DNA from: Balanoglossus misakiensis
Lineage: Eukaryota; Animalia; Hemichordata
Direction: 5' to 3'
Assembly (NCBI GenBank): GCA_040954595.2
Contig: CM082582.2
Coordinates: forward strand, 9,167,483 to 9,231,482
DNA length: 64,000 bases
Shown: positions 19,429 to 31,193 of the stretch, one piece after another
How the letters are laid out: every line of letters starts with the position of its first letter
How positions within the stretch are numbered: position 1 is the first letter of the stretch
The notes under the pieces: generated by a model
The model's database searches: none
What the model saw: the letters and a program-made list of their open reading frames with translations, nothing else
What the model was told of the DNA's origin: nothing
Program-made: the position numbers and the translations under genes

Positions 19429-19980
19429 ATGTGGAAACCCCTGGTTGTGTTTGGACTCCTGGTTCTGCTGACAGTTGTAACTTGTCGAGAAGATGATGCA
19501 AGGGAGGCCAGAGCAAGTGAAAAGACTGATAAAGGCGGGAAAACGGGCGTCGGGCGTGTTCAAGGTGAGGGCAAAGTTTCAGTCTGCATTCAAGTGAACT
19601 GCAGTTTCAGGGCCGTAGACTGTTGCGGCGCGGGGAAGGGGGGGGGGGGTATTACATTTCGTTTCTTGAATCGTGCATACTTATAAAAAACATATGCTTT
19701 TGCTATTTTGTACAAAACGTTATGGAATATGGTTTTATATCTCCTACCAAATGTGATGAATATCGGGTCAACTTGCAATAAGACACACCCCGTCGGGGAC
19801 AGATTTTCGGAATAATGATAGGCCACCAAACCTTTCAACCCTGGCTTGAGCCAACCTAATACGTTTTGCCAATAGTAGACAGATTTGCAATTATCGACGT
19901 CTATTTTATCTTTTTATTTTACAGACGATCCCACACTGGAGTTTTACAACTCTGGCTTCACGTATGGTCCATCTAGTTAG
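19429..19980 (+). CDS. Small secreted peptide precursor B, 63 aa: MWKPLVVFGLLVLLTVVTCREDDAREARASEKTDKGGKTGVGRVQDDPTLEFYNSGFTYGPSS. Coding exons 19429-19564 and 19925-19980
   Basis: Signal peptide similar to A (MWK..V.GLLV.LTV). Donor G|gtgagg at 19565, acceptor tttttattttacag at 19924 (phase 1), stop TAG 19978-19980, polyA AATAAA at ~20170. Confidence 0.8.
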
Positions 19981-22900
19981 TTGCCAACTATAGACTGTCG
20001 GCACACCAAACGGATTGTAAAATTTAGCCTATAGCCTGTTGCACGAAATGGTGGATTCAGACAGAACTGCCTCAATCCGGACGGCGTTCTTGTTCGCATC
20101 GTCATGAATGTGGGGGTGGTGCAAAACGTTCAAGTCCGTGTAATTTTCATACAGCAGATTCACCACAAAAATAAAATAGCACTTGTGTACTTCTATCAAT
20201 CGAATTTAAGACTCTTGTGTGTCATCATTTTAAATGTCAATGTTTTGAGACATCATTGAGGTATTGACCTGTCAGTGGGTGTTTCGGCTTCGCATACATA
20301 CACATTGTAAGGATTTAATTGAATTATTTACGTAAAAAAGACCTTCGTTGCGAAACAAACAAGGTAAAATTATAAACAAATAAAAATAGAAGTAAAGCAA
20401 ACGACCATGAAAGAATCAATGAAGGGTAAGGTTGACAGGTCGTATGAATTTGCATATTACACGTGCTGCATCTGTTGTTTGTGCACCAATCAGCGCTGCG
20501 GTTGTAAAAAGATTGGGTATCCTGGATGGTGAACGCGTATTTTCTGCATACCTGGACATTACAAGTCAGTGTCTCGCGGTCGCAGTTTCTGCCAGTGTTC
20601 AGAGTAGCTTTGACTCGTGTATATAGATAGTCACCGTTCTTACTAGTCCGTTGTTGGACCTATCAACGTGCATATCAGTCAAGGACGAGGTTCATCATGC
20701 CCAGTGCCAAAAGCAAGTAGCCAATGTCCACGAAGCCGGCCATTAAGGTACTCACTATGTTTAACATCAGCCAATTTTCATTTGCTCCGTCGCCATTCTG
20801 TTGGAGACTTGCGAGTTTGCACTTTATTCAGAGGTTATAAGCGGCAAGCGATGGTAAAATATTTGAGTGTGGATACAAGATCTCTCGGGTGAAAATAATC
20901 ATTTACAAGTACGTTTTAAACTGAATCGTTGTTGATTACAAGGAAAAGTAAGAAATGGGAATTTAGTTATTTTTATGTTTCAGGGTCAGAGGTGAAATAG
21001 ATGATGAAAATATTGCATCAAAAGGCATCCTTACTATAATGTAACATCACGTATCATTTCTAACAGTCACGAAATTCTGTTATTTTTAGTTAAAAATAAG
21101 TCAGTAATTGTTGAAGGTTCCAATCTGTTGGCAAATCGTGACAGTTTTTTTTTTTATCACAGAACAAAAATAACATAATATAAAGCGTACAGTAGGTAAA
21201 ATCATTGAAACTGAATCGCAATCTCTGTCAAAAGACACAAAAGATTGCCGATAGGCGAGGAATTAGTCAAATCCATAAAAAAATGATAAATATCCTGAAG
21301 ATTCTCAAGTAGATAAGCAAACACCCCTTCAAACCTTTCAACGACCTTTTGTAAGCAGTGGAATACAAGAAGATTGAAATTTTGACCTTTTCCGATATTG
21401 TTGTCTAGGAGATGTGCAGATTCTTCAATAGATCGGCAAACTTTTGAAGTGCTGAGAGAATGAGTCATTCAAGGTTTATGACATTTCATAAGCTCTTGTT
21501 ACGCCTACCCCGATATGGTGGTTTGCAAGATCTTCACTTGTTGGGCTCAAAGTTTCGATAGATAAAATGACGACGCAGAAGATATTAAATTTGAGCATTT
21601 CTAGAACTGCAATATTGCATGATATTGATTATCATTAATGTTAACATTAATTTACCCTATTTCCAGTATATGGCTTCCCCCTAATCATTTTTCATAGCCC
21701 CTTTTATGGGTTTCATGCAAAGATTATAAATCTGACCATTTCATCACAGAAAGCAAAGTTACAGTGCGCGAAAAATCACAGCCAATTGATATCAAAACAA
21801 AACAGGAAATTCACCACCATACTAGTAAGTTGCTTGCTTGGGCTAGAGAAAAATAGTATTCCTCAGTATTTGCAAAGCAACAGAAGTAGCAAGTAAAATG
21901 TTTCTGTTTTTTAACCAGAGAAATTGATCAATGATTTCATGACACTGAATGCTTGGTAATTGCAATGAGAATAGACGCAAACACAAAATATTTGATCAAG
22001 AAGATTCTAAGGTAGTTTGCACCTCCAAAATCAGTCTAACACTTTTAAACAGGTGCCATCTATCGATGACATAAACATGAAAACAGTGCCATTTTGAATT
22101 GGAAAAAAAAATAATTGGAAGAAGTAGACACAGTGATCCGAGGTACTTTGTTTTATATTTTATTTTAAGACGCATCTTGAAATTCAAGACTACATGATTG
22201 TGGACATAGACATACATTGAATTTGTAATATTGCCACACGACTCTTGTGTCAATTTATTTTTCTTCTTTAGTCGGGTGATCCAAGATGGCCGCCCTTTGC
22301 CCACAGATGGTCACATGGTCATGGCAGACTGCAAAGATCAATGGCTGCAATGGCGATTATGGTGGAAAAGGGCAGGAAATGTATGACAAGTGGTATATTG
22401 GACAAAACAAAACTGAAGAAATTAAATTCTATGAGGATATACAGTTGTATATCGCCCTGAATTACAAAATAGAATCTTTCATACGACACTACCGGTAATT
22501 ATGTCAGCCGTTGTACCAGACAAAATTGCACTTCGTGTGGGGAAATCTATTCCTTTGTTATAGTGTTAATGTCTTCTAATTTTGTTAAAATCACAGGAGT
22601 TAGACTGCAATTACTCTCTCCCATGGATGGCACACATTTAGTTTTCTTGAAAGGCAGACTCTATAAAATAGAATTCAATTAAATCATATATTTTTCTCTT
22701 GAAATTACATCTCCCAATATTTTAATCAATTAGGAAAAAGCCAAGTTACATTTAGCTGCTGGTATGGTCCAAAGTTTTCTGTCAGAAAGACTGAATTACA
22801 CACAAAAACAAATTTCTTAGGCATGGTTTTACTTGCCTTTAATTGAGAGGCTAAGGAGTCTCAATAAATGCTGGTCCCAAACGGCCACTATTGAAATTGG

Positions 22901-23133
22901 GTGAAATTGCCAGATAATTGAGTTCAATGACACGTCTGGAGAGCAATTATTTTTTCCCCTGCTAAGGAAAGGATAAACAGGGATTCAGGATGTACATAAT
23001 TAACAAAAATAAAATCATGAAGTCGAATAATGAGTGAAATCTTGCAGTCAAAACCCAGATGTTGACTATGGGTGGGCCGTCAGGATAAATGCTCTTCTTC
23101 CAACGGCAGATGGCGCTGTTTTGTTGAAGCTGT

Positions 23134-25915
23134 TTAAATATCTGGGATCTGTTATAGAGAGAAACAAATGCATTAATCGTTCACTTCTTGACTTCTTGGA
23201 GCAGAATTATATTGCATTGAGAAGGCACATTCACAATTTTTTCTTCAGAAGATAAAATTCTTGATAAAGCCAGACCGCGTTCAAGTTTGCAAGTAAACGC
23301 ATGAAATTACTGAACATTAAAGACTGTGATTTTGATTCATCAACTCACAGCTGCTGCCAAAGCTTGTTCCAAATCTGCAATCAGATCTTTACTACTCTCA
23401 AGCCCAATGGACAGTCGAACCAAGTTGTCACCAATGCCAAGATCAGCTCTCTCTTCAGCCGTCATACCATCGTGGGTCAGGGTTGCCCTGGCAACAGAAA
23501 CATGCATGTCCACTGGTATGAAGTTGCCTTCAGTTATGAAGATTTATCAAATTCATAATGCTTATTCAAAAGAGGCCATCATATTTTCCTGTGGGAGACA
23601 ACCTCCTGCACAGAATATGCCAATAGTGGGTTTATGTCTCTGAGACGGCATGCATGCACAGAAAATCTCTCACGAATGGTGCAGAACAGAACATTCCATT
23701 CTCACAACTTACGGGTGTTCGGCGAGACTGTGGGTTCCACCAAGACTCGCGGCAAAGGCAAATATTTTCAGATTTCTGAAGAAGATCTTCGCTTCCTCCA
23801 GACCTCCTTTCATCCACATGGAAATCATTCCACTGAATCCGCTCATCTGCTTCTTGGCCAACTCGTGCTGCGGATGTGACGGTAGACCTGACAGGGAAGA
23901 TGGAAATTGTGCCGGAGTGGAAAAGAGTGGTGTCAAGTGTACTAGCAATAGCATACTGACATGTACTGTATTAGATATTGGTCTTGTAAAGATCAGCTAG
24001 TTACCCCACATGAACCCAGTCCTACCCTGGAGCCTGAACAAGACATGATGTGGGAAATGTAATGTCATACAATGTAGCTGAACCAAATCAGTGAGGGAGA
24101 GAATTTCCCCATAATGCTTAACCATATTTCAAAGCAGTTTGGTAAGGGATCCCTTTTACTTTGCTCGTTTGCTTGCATTATTTTCTGTGTGAGGGCGCTA
24201 TTCACAAAATAATACACAGACCTGGCATAACCAAGCTGGAATCAGTTCAACTAAAACAGAGAGATGCACCTTACCAGGATAGAGAACTTTCTCAACACGC
24301 GGATTCTCAGAGAGAGCCTTGGCAACCGCCATGGCATTCTCTTGGTGTTTTTCCATTCTCAGCGGCAACGTCTTGACTCCACGGTTGGCAAGGTAACAGT
24401 CAAAGGGTGACGGCACAGCTCCAATCACTTAAAACAGGAAAGATGGAGTTACGCGTTGACCAAAACACAATTATTGTTCGTCTGACTGGTGTCAAAAGAT
24501 GCCAGGAGTTTTTCTTAAAACCTGAGTGACTGTAAACTTACAGAGCTGAAAGTTCCTGAGTTTTTCATTGAAGTCATCTCTGTTCGTGCACACTATACCC
24601 ATGAGTACATCAGAGTGGCCATTGATGTACTTGGTTACTGACGACATCACCAAGTCTGCACCAAGCTTCAGTGGTTGCTATGGCAAAATGGAATCATGTG
24701 TGAGTGCCAGGCTCATTCGAGAATTTGCATCAGTTTGACAAGTACATATATGATCTGTGATTACCATGATAGATAGGTAAAAAATCACATAACATGACAA
24801 ACATACCTGGAAGTAGGGAGAACTGAAAGTGTTATCAACACAGAGAAATGCTCCATTGTTGTGGGCGATCTCTGCAATGGCGGCAATGTCTGAGATACGA
24901 AGGCCAGGGTTGGTTGGTGTCTCCATCCAGACCATCTAACAGAAGAAATATGGTGAAACAAAAATCATTTCTATCAGTTATGTTGTTATAATATTGCAAA
25001 AACCTACAATTCTCAATGGATCTGGGTAGATCATAATCAAGAATAGTGTAGATTCACCTTTGTGTTGGGTCTCATGGCAGCTGCGACATTCGCAGGATCC
25101 CGCGAGTCCACAAACGTTGTTTCAATGTTGAAATTGCTGGTGATTTCCTTCATTTGGTCACTGCATCCGCCGTAGAGTTCATTGCCACTAACGATATGCT
25201 CGCCCGCTTTCACCAGGTTGGTCACACAGAAGAGTGTTGTTACACCAGATGAAAAAGCGATCCCTATGGACAGGGGGGAAAATGGGTGACCATGTGAGCT
25301 GGTGTGTAGTAGCCCAGGGTTCCATAGGCAAGGAGTTTGAGGCTGCGTTTGTGTGATTGCTTCTTCTATGGCCTCCCACACTGTGGTGAAGGGTCGTCAC
25401 ACAAACGTAGCCTCATAAACTCCTCGCCTATGGAACCCAGGGCTAGAATAATGGTGGAACTGGACCTCACTTCCAAGTACCATTAGCTGTATAGTTGTTG
25501 TCACTTTTTTATTTTAGCTCACCATGTTTGGCCCCATCTAAGGCTGCAATGCATGCTTCAAATGCATTTCTTGTAGGATTGCCGCAGCGGGCGTATACAA
25601 AATCCTGGAATAGTAAACAAGAGGTACAGTGATTAGGATCATAGCAGCACTATTGTCTGGTCAAAATAACTGTTTCAAATTCTCTTCCTATAGGGCAATG
25701 TGTAACAGTATAAAGCTTAATTATGACTGCTTGCTTACTCCACTTTTCTCACCGCGTACCCCGGTTTTTCCGAGCTCCGGCAGCCGGAAGGTGGTGGAAG
25801 TCACAATCGGAGGTACCACTGCGGAGTCGGTCGCCCAAAACTTGGGTGCCTGGCCTGCATGCTGTACCACTGTCTCCATATCATAGGCATCCATGTCAAG
25901 AGATTTGTCAGCCAT
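23134..25915 (-). CDS. Cystathionine gamma-lyase-like PLP-dependent enzyme (Cys/Met metabolism family), 9 coding exons, divergent substrate pocket
   Basis: Spliced motifs AVVPPIVTSTTF, YARCGNPTRNAFE, AFSSG, LYGG, VWMETPTNP, CVDNTF, SVTKYINGHSDVLMG (PLP lysine), PSPFDCYLANRGVKTLPLRM, YPGLPSHPQHELAKKQM, SLGG..SLAEHP, LVRLSIGLE. Final mini-exon IPDI* at 23148-23134. Symbol withheld because orthology to CTH is uncertain. Confidence 0.9.
25310..25445. mobile_element. Short palindromic (hairpin) MITE in intron 2 of the CTH-like gene
   Basis: ~47-bp inverted arms tagcccagggttccataggcaaggagtttgaggctgcgtttgtgtga ... tcacacaaacgtagcctcataaactcctcgcctatggaacccagggcta, with a ~40-nt spacer and TA at both ends. 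Confidence 0.75.
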
Positions 25916-27222
25916 GTTTGTAGTTGCCCTGGTGAACTGGCTGAGCTGAAACTGTTTTTTTATCAAGGCAGGTGAGCTATACTAGTGGATACTCTTGATT
26001 TAAAAAATCCTGTTGGAAAAGTAAACATATCAGCAGTGTATAAGTAGATTTGAGATAAAATTGCCCCATATTAAAATTAGAGGTGACCAGTGTCTGATTT
26101 AGACAGGGGTGGCACCCCCTGTTGACATATTGTAACACACCTGGATAGCTCGACCGGTCCCACTGCCCCCCCCCCCCCCGCCAAAAAGGTTGACCGGTGT
26201 ATGTGTGTGTTTTTTTGGGGGGGACTGTCCCCCCACCACGCACACTGGTCAGCATTTTGGCGGGGTGGGGTGGGGCAATGGGACCAAAGTCTCGAGCTAT
26301 CACTCGTTACCAAGGCAATATAACAACTGTGAGTTGGATCCATATGGACGGTTCTAGTTTTGCCATTCAGCCCGGCTCCCAGGGAATCCCCTCCCCCAAG
26401 TTCGCGTGCACAGCAGACTTGGACCCCATATGTATCATGTGTGGTGGAGTGAGCGGCTATATAGTACATGTACTGTGACCTGGGCCCATGGGGCGGGGGC
26501 TCCCGTGATCGCGCGATACGCGTATATACGATGCATAATATTATGCAAGAGACAGGGAAAATACTCACTCAACTTTTGGCATATGTGTGCAGGAATCTAT
26601 GCAGATTATACGAACGGCGTTTGATAGTTAGGATTCATAAGACATTGGTGATAGATCGGGTGACAAACCAGGTAGCCCCGCGCCAATTAAGGGAGAAACC
26701 AGTGTTTCATTTGGGGTGGGCTACGGTTGCAAAATGTACATGTACGGTTTAAAGGGCGTGTCCCCGGGGGCGTGTCCAAGTCTGGGAACTTAAATAACCA
26801 GTGGTGGAGCACTTTTTTTCGTGGCAGCCCAAATCAAAATCTGTCATTGCCCCGCCACTCAAAATAAGCAGGCTTTCTCCTGGATCATATCAGACATCTC
26901 TTCGCGCAGATTACCAACAATTCATTGTGCGTTTATTTTACGATAACCAAGTCCAGATATGTCTTGATAAGAGTACTATAGTAGGCCTACGGTATTTTGT
27001 CCTCTTGGAAAATCGCTACGTAGGCCTACAGTGTACTATTAGATCCACCGAACCAGAAGTACAGAGCATTTACTTTCGTACATTCAAGTATTGTCATGTT
27101 TAATGTTTTGAAGTCGTAAGGCCGACTTAAAAAAGAAAAGTGCTGTTCCTTATACTTGGTATCTTGTTACCATGATAACAGCTGGGTTGTGTGGCGCCAT
27201 CTATCGTTGGCATGGCAGAGAT

Positions 27223-27241
27223 TGACGTCAAGATGGCCGCC
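27223..27241 (+). promoter_or_regulatory. Full CRE palindrome (TGACGTCA) abutting a YY1-type CAAGATGGC motif that overlaps the NOP9 start codon
   Basis: attgacgtcaagatggccgc at 27221-27240. Function not demonstrated. Confidence 0.45.
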
Positions 27242-30200
27242 CCCATGGAAAGGAAACGTTTCCAGAAACGGGAAGGAAAAGGACCGCATTCGGACAAGCA
27301 GACGGAAAGGCCAAAGACCGGGCGATTAGACGAGGACACTATGGGTTACTACAGGAGGGTTTCGGATACCCTTGCCGAAGGATTCGAAAATGTTGATGAT
27401 AAAGGTAGATATGTACATATGTGTACCAGAATCCGTTTTAGAAACACGTGTACTGTACGCGTACACGTGGGTCACTGGAAGGTCCAAAGACGAAGGGATG
27501 GTGGGATGAGTAATTGTTCGTGTAAATGTTTATTAATTTCGCAGAGCTCTTCGTTCAGAATGTGTTCGCGCAGACTGAGAAGGAAGAAATCAAACTGTCC
27601 CAGAACCAAACTGTCAGCCGAATATTGGAAAATCTCATCCGCAGTGGCCAGCAGAAAGAAGTGAGGAAGTTTATGACAGGACTGTCAGCAGACTTCCACA
27701 AAGTTTGCTTTGACCGTTTTGCTGCCTATGTATTGCAGACCATCATCATCCAGATTCCGAAATTTCAAGAGGAGGGTGGCGAGGCGCAGGAGGATGCGGG
27801 GGAGGGAGAGAATCCCCCATCCTTTGAATCTTTGCTCTTGCAGTTGTGTGATCTGTTTGTGGATCAGTTGACTGATGTTTTGCACGACACGTATGCTAGT
27901 CACGTGTTGAGGACTGTCTTTGAAGTTCTGGGTGGAGTGAAGGTGATGGAGGTTGTTGTCAGGAGTCGGTTGTCACGGGAACAACAAAACAAAGGTGAGT
28001 TTCTCTTTCTGTGGTTGTACATCTGGACTTTAAATTAGACTGAAAGATCAGTTGACCCAGTCAGATAATAAAAATATTTAGGGGTGTCACAGGGTCATTT
28101 TGTGTCACACCTCAAAGCCCAGTCTTCTCCATTTGCATACACTCAGATACTGCAAAGCAGCATGAACAGTCACTACCACTCAAAAGCAAACCAAGAAAGA
28201 AGTTCAGGAAGAAACTGAAAGAATTCACAAAATTAATCCGAGGAAGGGAAGACATGCATGGTAAGTAATTCATTAATCTGCTGTCACTTTGCCACTCTGT
28301 TCCTTCTTATCATCAAATTATGTACCTTTTAACCCTTTCACCACAATGGTTTGGTCGATAGCTTTAAAGGGCTCAATGATTGATCAATTATTTTTTTCCA
28401 TACAGATTTACTCTGTCATGTGACATGTTGTCCAGTCATACAGACTTTACTTCTCGTGTTGCATCAAGTGAAGAAAGAGGAGTGTATGCAGCTTTGCGCC
28501 GTTGTCATGGATGCAGCGCAAGAGAGAAGTGATTCAGACACAGAGGAAACAGACAAGAAAAGGTATTGTAAACTGAAATGAGAAAGTTACTTTTGAAAGA
28601 GAGAGCATAAGAAAAGATTGTGATGGAAGGAAGTTACATTATTCAGGCAAAGACAGTGACCCTGTACTTTTGAAAGGGGAGTCAAACATTTGATAGAGAG
28701 TGTTTTAATTGAACTCTAGTTCATTTTGATCATTTTACTAGGTTACCAGTCATATTGACACATGCAGTTGGCAGCCATCTTGGTGAAGTTCTACTCCAAA
28801 TAGCAGATGAGGAGACACTCACAAAACTGTACGAAGAACACATCAAGGGGAATGTACTGCAAATGGCTTGCCATACCTCAGCAACATTTGTGCTTCGGAA
28901 GTTTCTGACAAATGTGTCAACTCTTAGTCAAGTGAGTGAAACATATTTTCAAATGATGTTGAATTCTGTATACTAGTATGGCTGCCATGCCAAAATGTTC
29001 AAAATAGGTTAAAATGGAAATATGGCTCAATAACGCATTTTAACCACTGAGGAAGATCACAAGTCATATCCCTTGCAGGCAAAAAGTTAAATTAATATTC
29101 TGTCTGTTTTAACTTGAATTCCAGTTTGAGGGGGTATTTGATGAGTGTGTTGTGGGCATTGAAGACATACTTGCCCACAATCATATTGGTGTCATCACAC
29201 AACTAGCAGAAGCCTGCATCAAGCACAACATTGGGCAAAGTAAGTTTTAGATTTCTTCCTATATTCCCAAAACTCGCTTTGTATACTTGAAGTTGGTGTC
29301 CAAAGCCAGTCAAGGGATAATAGAATGGACCTTCATTGTGTATTTAATAGCAATATTTAAATCAAGTGCTGTGATTTTTCTCTTCCAGGCAAGCTGCTTA
29401 AGGCCTTGATGCAGGCATTCCATTGTTACAAACCCAAGTCGAGACAGAAATGCTGTGTCAAACTGTTTGCTTCATTCGCCACCTATGAAGTTTTCTATGA
29501 TGTGAAGAAAGAATCAAATGGTCTGAATGAGACTGGTGGAAAGGTAATGTGTCGTCACTATAAGCCTCTCTAAGTTGCCAGGTAGTCAATAACTTAGAGT
29601 ATGATTTCCTCAAGCATTTTCTAAATCTGTTGTTCCAAAGGACCTTTTTCATACCAAACCAAACCCACGTCAGTTAATGCTATACTACATCTGTAACATG
29701 TTCTCTGCAGGATGAGGACACAGGTGCAATCCCTGATGGTGAAAACCTCCAAGCCAAGCTATCAGAGATCAATCTGCAAGGCTCTTTACTGCTTCAGAAG
29801 CTCCTCAACTTCAGCGACTGCAGCAAAGTCGTCAACAGCCTCCTGGAAACGTCGGAGGAAGAAATTTTCAACATGTCGTGCGACCAATCGGGAAGCCACG
29901 TCGTCGGAGCATTCTTCAAGTCGAACACGGTCGGCGAGAAAAAGAAGGAACAGCTCATTGAGAAACTCAAGGTGGGGGAAAATATTGTCGAAATGATGTT
30001 TATTTTTAATTGTAGAAAATGCATTGAAAATTGTGACACTGTTGCGACATTTTTTTGTTCGTTTGGTTTTAAAGGGATGGTACGTTAAAATGGCATGCAC
30101 CAAACATGGCAGTAGAGCAGTGGACTCCATCTGGAGCAACGCCACTCTGAAGGTCAAGTTCACAATCGCAGAAGAGCTTGCCAAGAGGGAGGCCCAGCTC

Positions 30201-31044
30201 AGCCAGGACAGGTTCGGGCAGTTCGTGCACAGAAACTGTGCCATCGGACACTTCAAACACCGGCAGAACGACTGGAAGTTTATCCAGAAACGGGACGAGA
30301 AGAAGCGCAAGATGTTTTCGGATATCCTGGGGAATGAATCAGGTATGCCAGGCCATAGGTCAAGTTTTATAACATCACCCCCCCCCCCCCCAAAAAAAAA
30401 ATACATATGTACATATGTCCCTTTAATCTCGCTGGTACTGAAATTGTTAGCGTGCCAGATGTCAGACATACCTTGAAACTCACATCTCATCAACATGTTT
30501 ACTTTCCACCAGAGACTTCTCCAAAGAAGGCAAGAACAGAAACAGAATCCAAGTCAAAGGCTGATGTGAAATATCAGCGAGAAATGCAAACGCTGGGGTT
30601 TGATGATTCTGTAGACAGGACATCAAACAAGGTACGTATATGTCAATCCGAGTGTCAAAATATCCTTGGAATAGCATGATGTCGATGTTTATTTCAAAGA
30701 GCAGTGGAAATGTACGAGACTTTCCATGGCTATTCGGATTTCATGACTAAGTTATAAGTTTTTCCATTTTGTAGGGACCACAAGGTGGGGAAGAGGAGGA
30801 TGAGATTGAGGCTCTGTTCAAGAGAAAGTCGCAGTCCAAAAGTGCAGCTGTCACCCAGATCCAAAATGAGCGGGGACACGTGAAGGGCAAAGAGAAGAAA
30901 GTGTCACAGAAGGCGACTGTAGTCACCGATATTGGAGATGGTGATGGAACAGCAAAGTCAGAGAAAAGGAAACATCCTGGATCGACAGGAAGCTCAAAGG
31001 TGTCGGGAAAGAAATTGAAAAAGAAACATGCTGCAGGAACTTGA
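27233..31044 (+). CDS. NOP9: Nucleolar protein 9 (Pumilio-repeat rRNA processing factor), multi-exon
   Basis: N-terminal TMGYYRRVSDTL; PUF-like repeats DRFAAYVLQT, DTYASHVLRT, HAVGSHLGEVLL, CDQSGSHVVGAF, ACTKHGSRAVDSIW; C-terminal DRFGQFVHRNCAIGHFKHRQNDWK and a Lys-rich tail. GT-AG introns; stop TGA 31042-31044. Confidence 0.88.
28329..28377. mobile_element. Truncated copy of the ~95-bp piggyBac-like MITE in a NOP9 intron
   Basis: ttaaccctttcaccacaatggtttgg... shares its terminus with the copies at 5259 and 43658. Confidence 0.5.
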
Positions 31045-31193
31045 TAATGAAAGTCAATGCATCCGACGATTGACATTGTAAATTTTAAGTTTTAATGAAA
31101 ATATAGCGAAAGGAAATTTTACATTGTCTGTGTCTCTTTATGCACTTTTTTCAAGTCATATTACAGAGTAGAATATATGAGAATAATGTGAAG

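Noticed and set aside
15930-19980. Calling the peptide pair calcitonin-type, NG-peptide/NPS-type or opioid
   Set aside because: No N-terminal Cys ring or Pro-amide, no G-K/R amidation site or neurophysin domain, and no YGGF.
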